Part shown: piece after piece, positions 62,601 to 64,000 of the stretch
How the letters are laid out: the number at the start of each line of letters is the position of its first letter
How positions within the stretch are numbered: position 1 is the first letter of the stretch
Origin: Cirrosporium novae-zelandiae
Lineage: Eukaryota
NCBI GenBank assembly: GCA_026023565.1
Contig: JAPETS010000009.1
Coordinates: 62,001 to 126,000 of the forward strand
DNA length: 64,000 nucleotides
Direction of reading: 5' to 3'
The notes under the pieces: model-generated
Database searches by the model: none
Seen by the model: only the letters and a program-made list of their open reading frames with translations
Told to the model about the DNA's origin: nothing
Made by a program: the position numbers and the translations under genes

Positions 62601-63220
62601 GAGCGCCTGTACAAGGCTGGCTTTGAGGGTTTAATGGAGGCATTGGAAGACTTTGAGAAAAACTGGTTGGAGGGTGGTGAGGTGGCTGTCAAACTTGTAA
62701 GTTGACGGATTTTCTTTGCAGAAGACGACAAATTGCAATTTATCCATGTATGAGGCTCGATGTGATAAGTTTGGAAATGCTAATAAGATGGTGCTTGCAG
62801 GAAGAGCTAGGGATCGGTCCAACCGCTTACGGCACTCGATGGTATCTAACTCTTTTCAACTATTCGATTCCCTTTCCAGCTCAACTCCGGGTCTGGGATG
62901 TCTTCCTCCTTCTCGGTGACAGCGATCTCCCCGCCTCTCGTGCAGCACCTACTCCCACCCTCAATCCTTCTGCCACCTCCCTCGCTGTACCCGCTGCCAA
63001 CCCAACACAAATACCCAAGGTCTCTCCTTTCGGCAGAAGCTTAGATATTCTCCATGCAACCAGTGCGGCTCTCATTGATGGGACTCGAGAAATTTTATTG
63101 GAGTCGGATTTTGAGAATGCGATGAAAGTTCTTACGAGTTGGATACCGGTCCGAGACGAGGATTTGTTAATGAGGGTAGCCAAGGCCGAATGGAAATTTC
63201 ACCGTAAGAAGTATGGCTAA
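59685..63220 (+). CDS. TBC-domain Rab GTPase-activating protein with internal hexapeptide repeat
   Basis: DVDRYGF, WKGIPDRWR, QIDIDVPRT (Arg finger), GYVQGM (Gln finger), YGTRWYLTLF and LRVWDVFLL. Intron at 62697-62800. Confidence 0.92.
60480..61130 (+). repeat. Coding 18-bp minisatellite encoding (N-R-T-T-P-D)-like hexapeptides
   Basis: Units such as AATAGAACTACACCCGAT, AACAGAAACATGCCCGAC and AATGGGACTACGCCTGAT, roughly 30 copies. Confidence 0.9.
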
Positions 63221-64000
63221 GAGGAATAATGGTGAAGAAGCTCCAAAGGAATTATCTCAAAACAGTGTTAGGAAACCTTATAACGATGATGTTGGGACTG
63301 GTGGCGTTCCTGATAAGTGGCCCCTGATTTGGAAAGATGGGTGAGAAAAACAGCATACACAGGTTCAAAAGTGGAAGACTATGAAGAGAATTGGCGTTAG
63401 GTTGGTTGAAGAACTTCATGCAGGTCATGAAGTTGGAAGCTTCAACTTTTGATCAGATTCATATTTCTTTATTCAGATGCTCAAGATGGCAAAAGGCCAT
63501 AGAAAGTCTAAGCATCAACAGGTGTCGATTCGGGCTCAAGACTACAATACCCCTTTTTTTCATTACTGCATTGCGTGGGTGGACTTGATCATGTTTGATG
63601 TATAGTCGGATTGTTTAAATCGTTCAAGGTCTGCAAAAGGAAAGCAGATGGCACCACATCTTGGAGCAAGCAGGGTGTGTAAGAGTGCATGGAGAAGATG
63701 GTTCAACACAGGATGGAGCTGTGTTATACGCCTTGTTATGTGATACCTTAATTAATTATTAATACAAATAATCTTCTGGATCTTGCAATATATGTTGTGC
63801 TGTACTGTACTGTGTGTACATATCTAGATAATTATTTAGTTTCACCCTTGGCCTTCGTCACGTAATTGAATCTAATCGTTATCGATAAGAACATGCCCCA
63901 CCTTATCTGAGATTCTAAGATCTAGGAAGTATCCCTGTCTCGAAGCACACAACTCAATTGACGCTCTCCTCCCATCCCCACCTTTGTATCTCTTTCTTTA

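Overview
Filamentous ascomycete (Pezizomycotina) nuclear DNA: genes carry short GT-AG introns with CTRAC/CTAAY branch points. The left ~43 kb looks accessory. It holds an intronless single-BIR-domain gene head-to-head with a pseudogenised NACHT/STAND (NLR-like) gene, two MITE-like inverted-repeat elements, a hypothetical gene and a secreted DUF1593 protein. It also holds a divergent pair of an intact large AAA+ ATPase and a NACHT-like protein with no Walker A, and an MFS transporter / bacterial-type sulfatase / Zn2Cys6 regulator cluster. Further right are a PTH11-like membrane protein facing a cytochrome P450, a BTB protein, an acid sphingomyelinase-like phosphoesterase and a class II aldolase/adducin gene. 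The right ~20 kb is core-like: Lte1-like RasGEF, ankyrin-DIL protein, cytochrome b561 protein and a TBC Rab-GAP with an 18-bp coding minisatellite, with microsatellite-rich spacers mainly at 53-57 kb. The best candidates for an undescribed system are the AAA+ / pseudo-NACHT pair and the BIR / NLR pair. Exon structures were read by eye and no database search was run.
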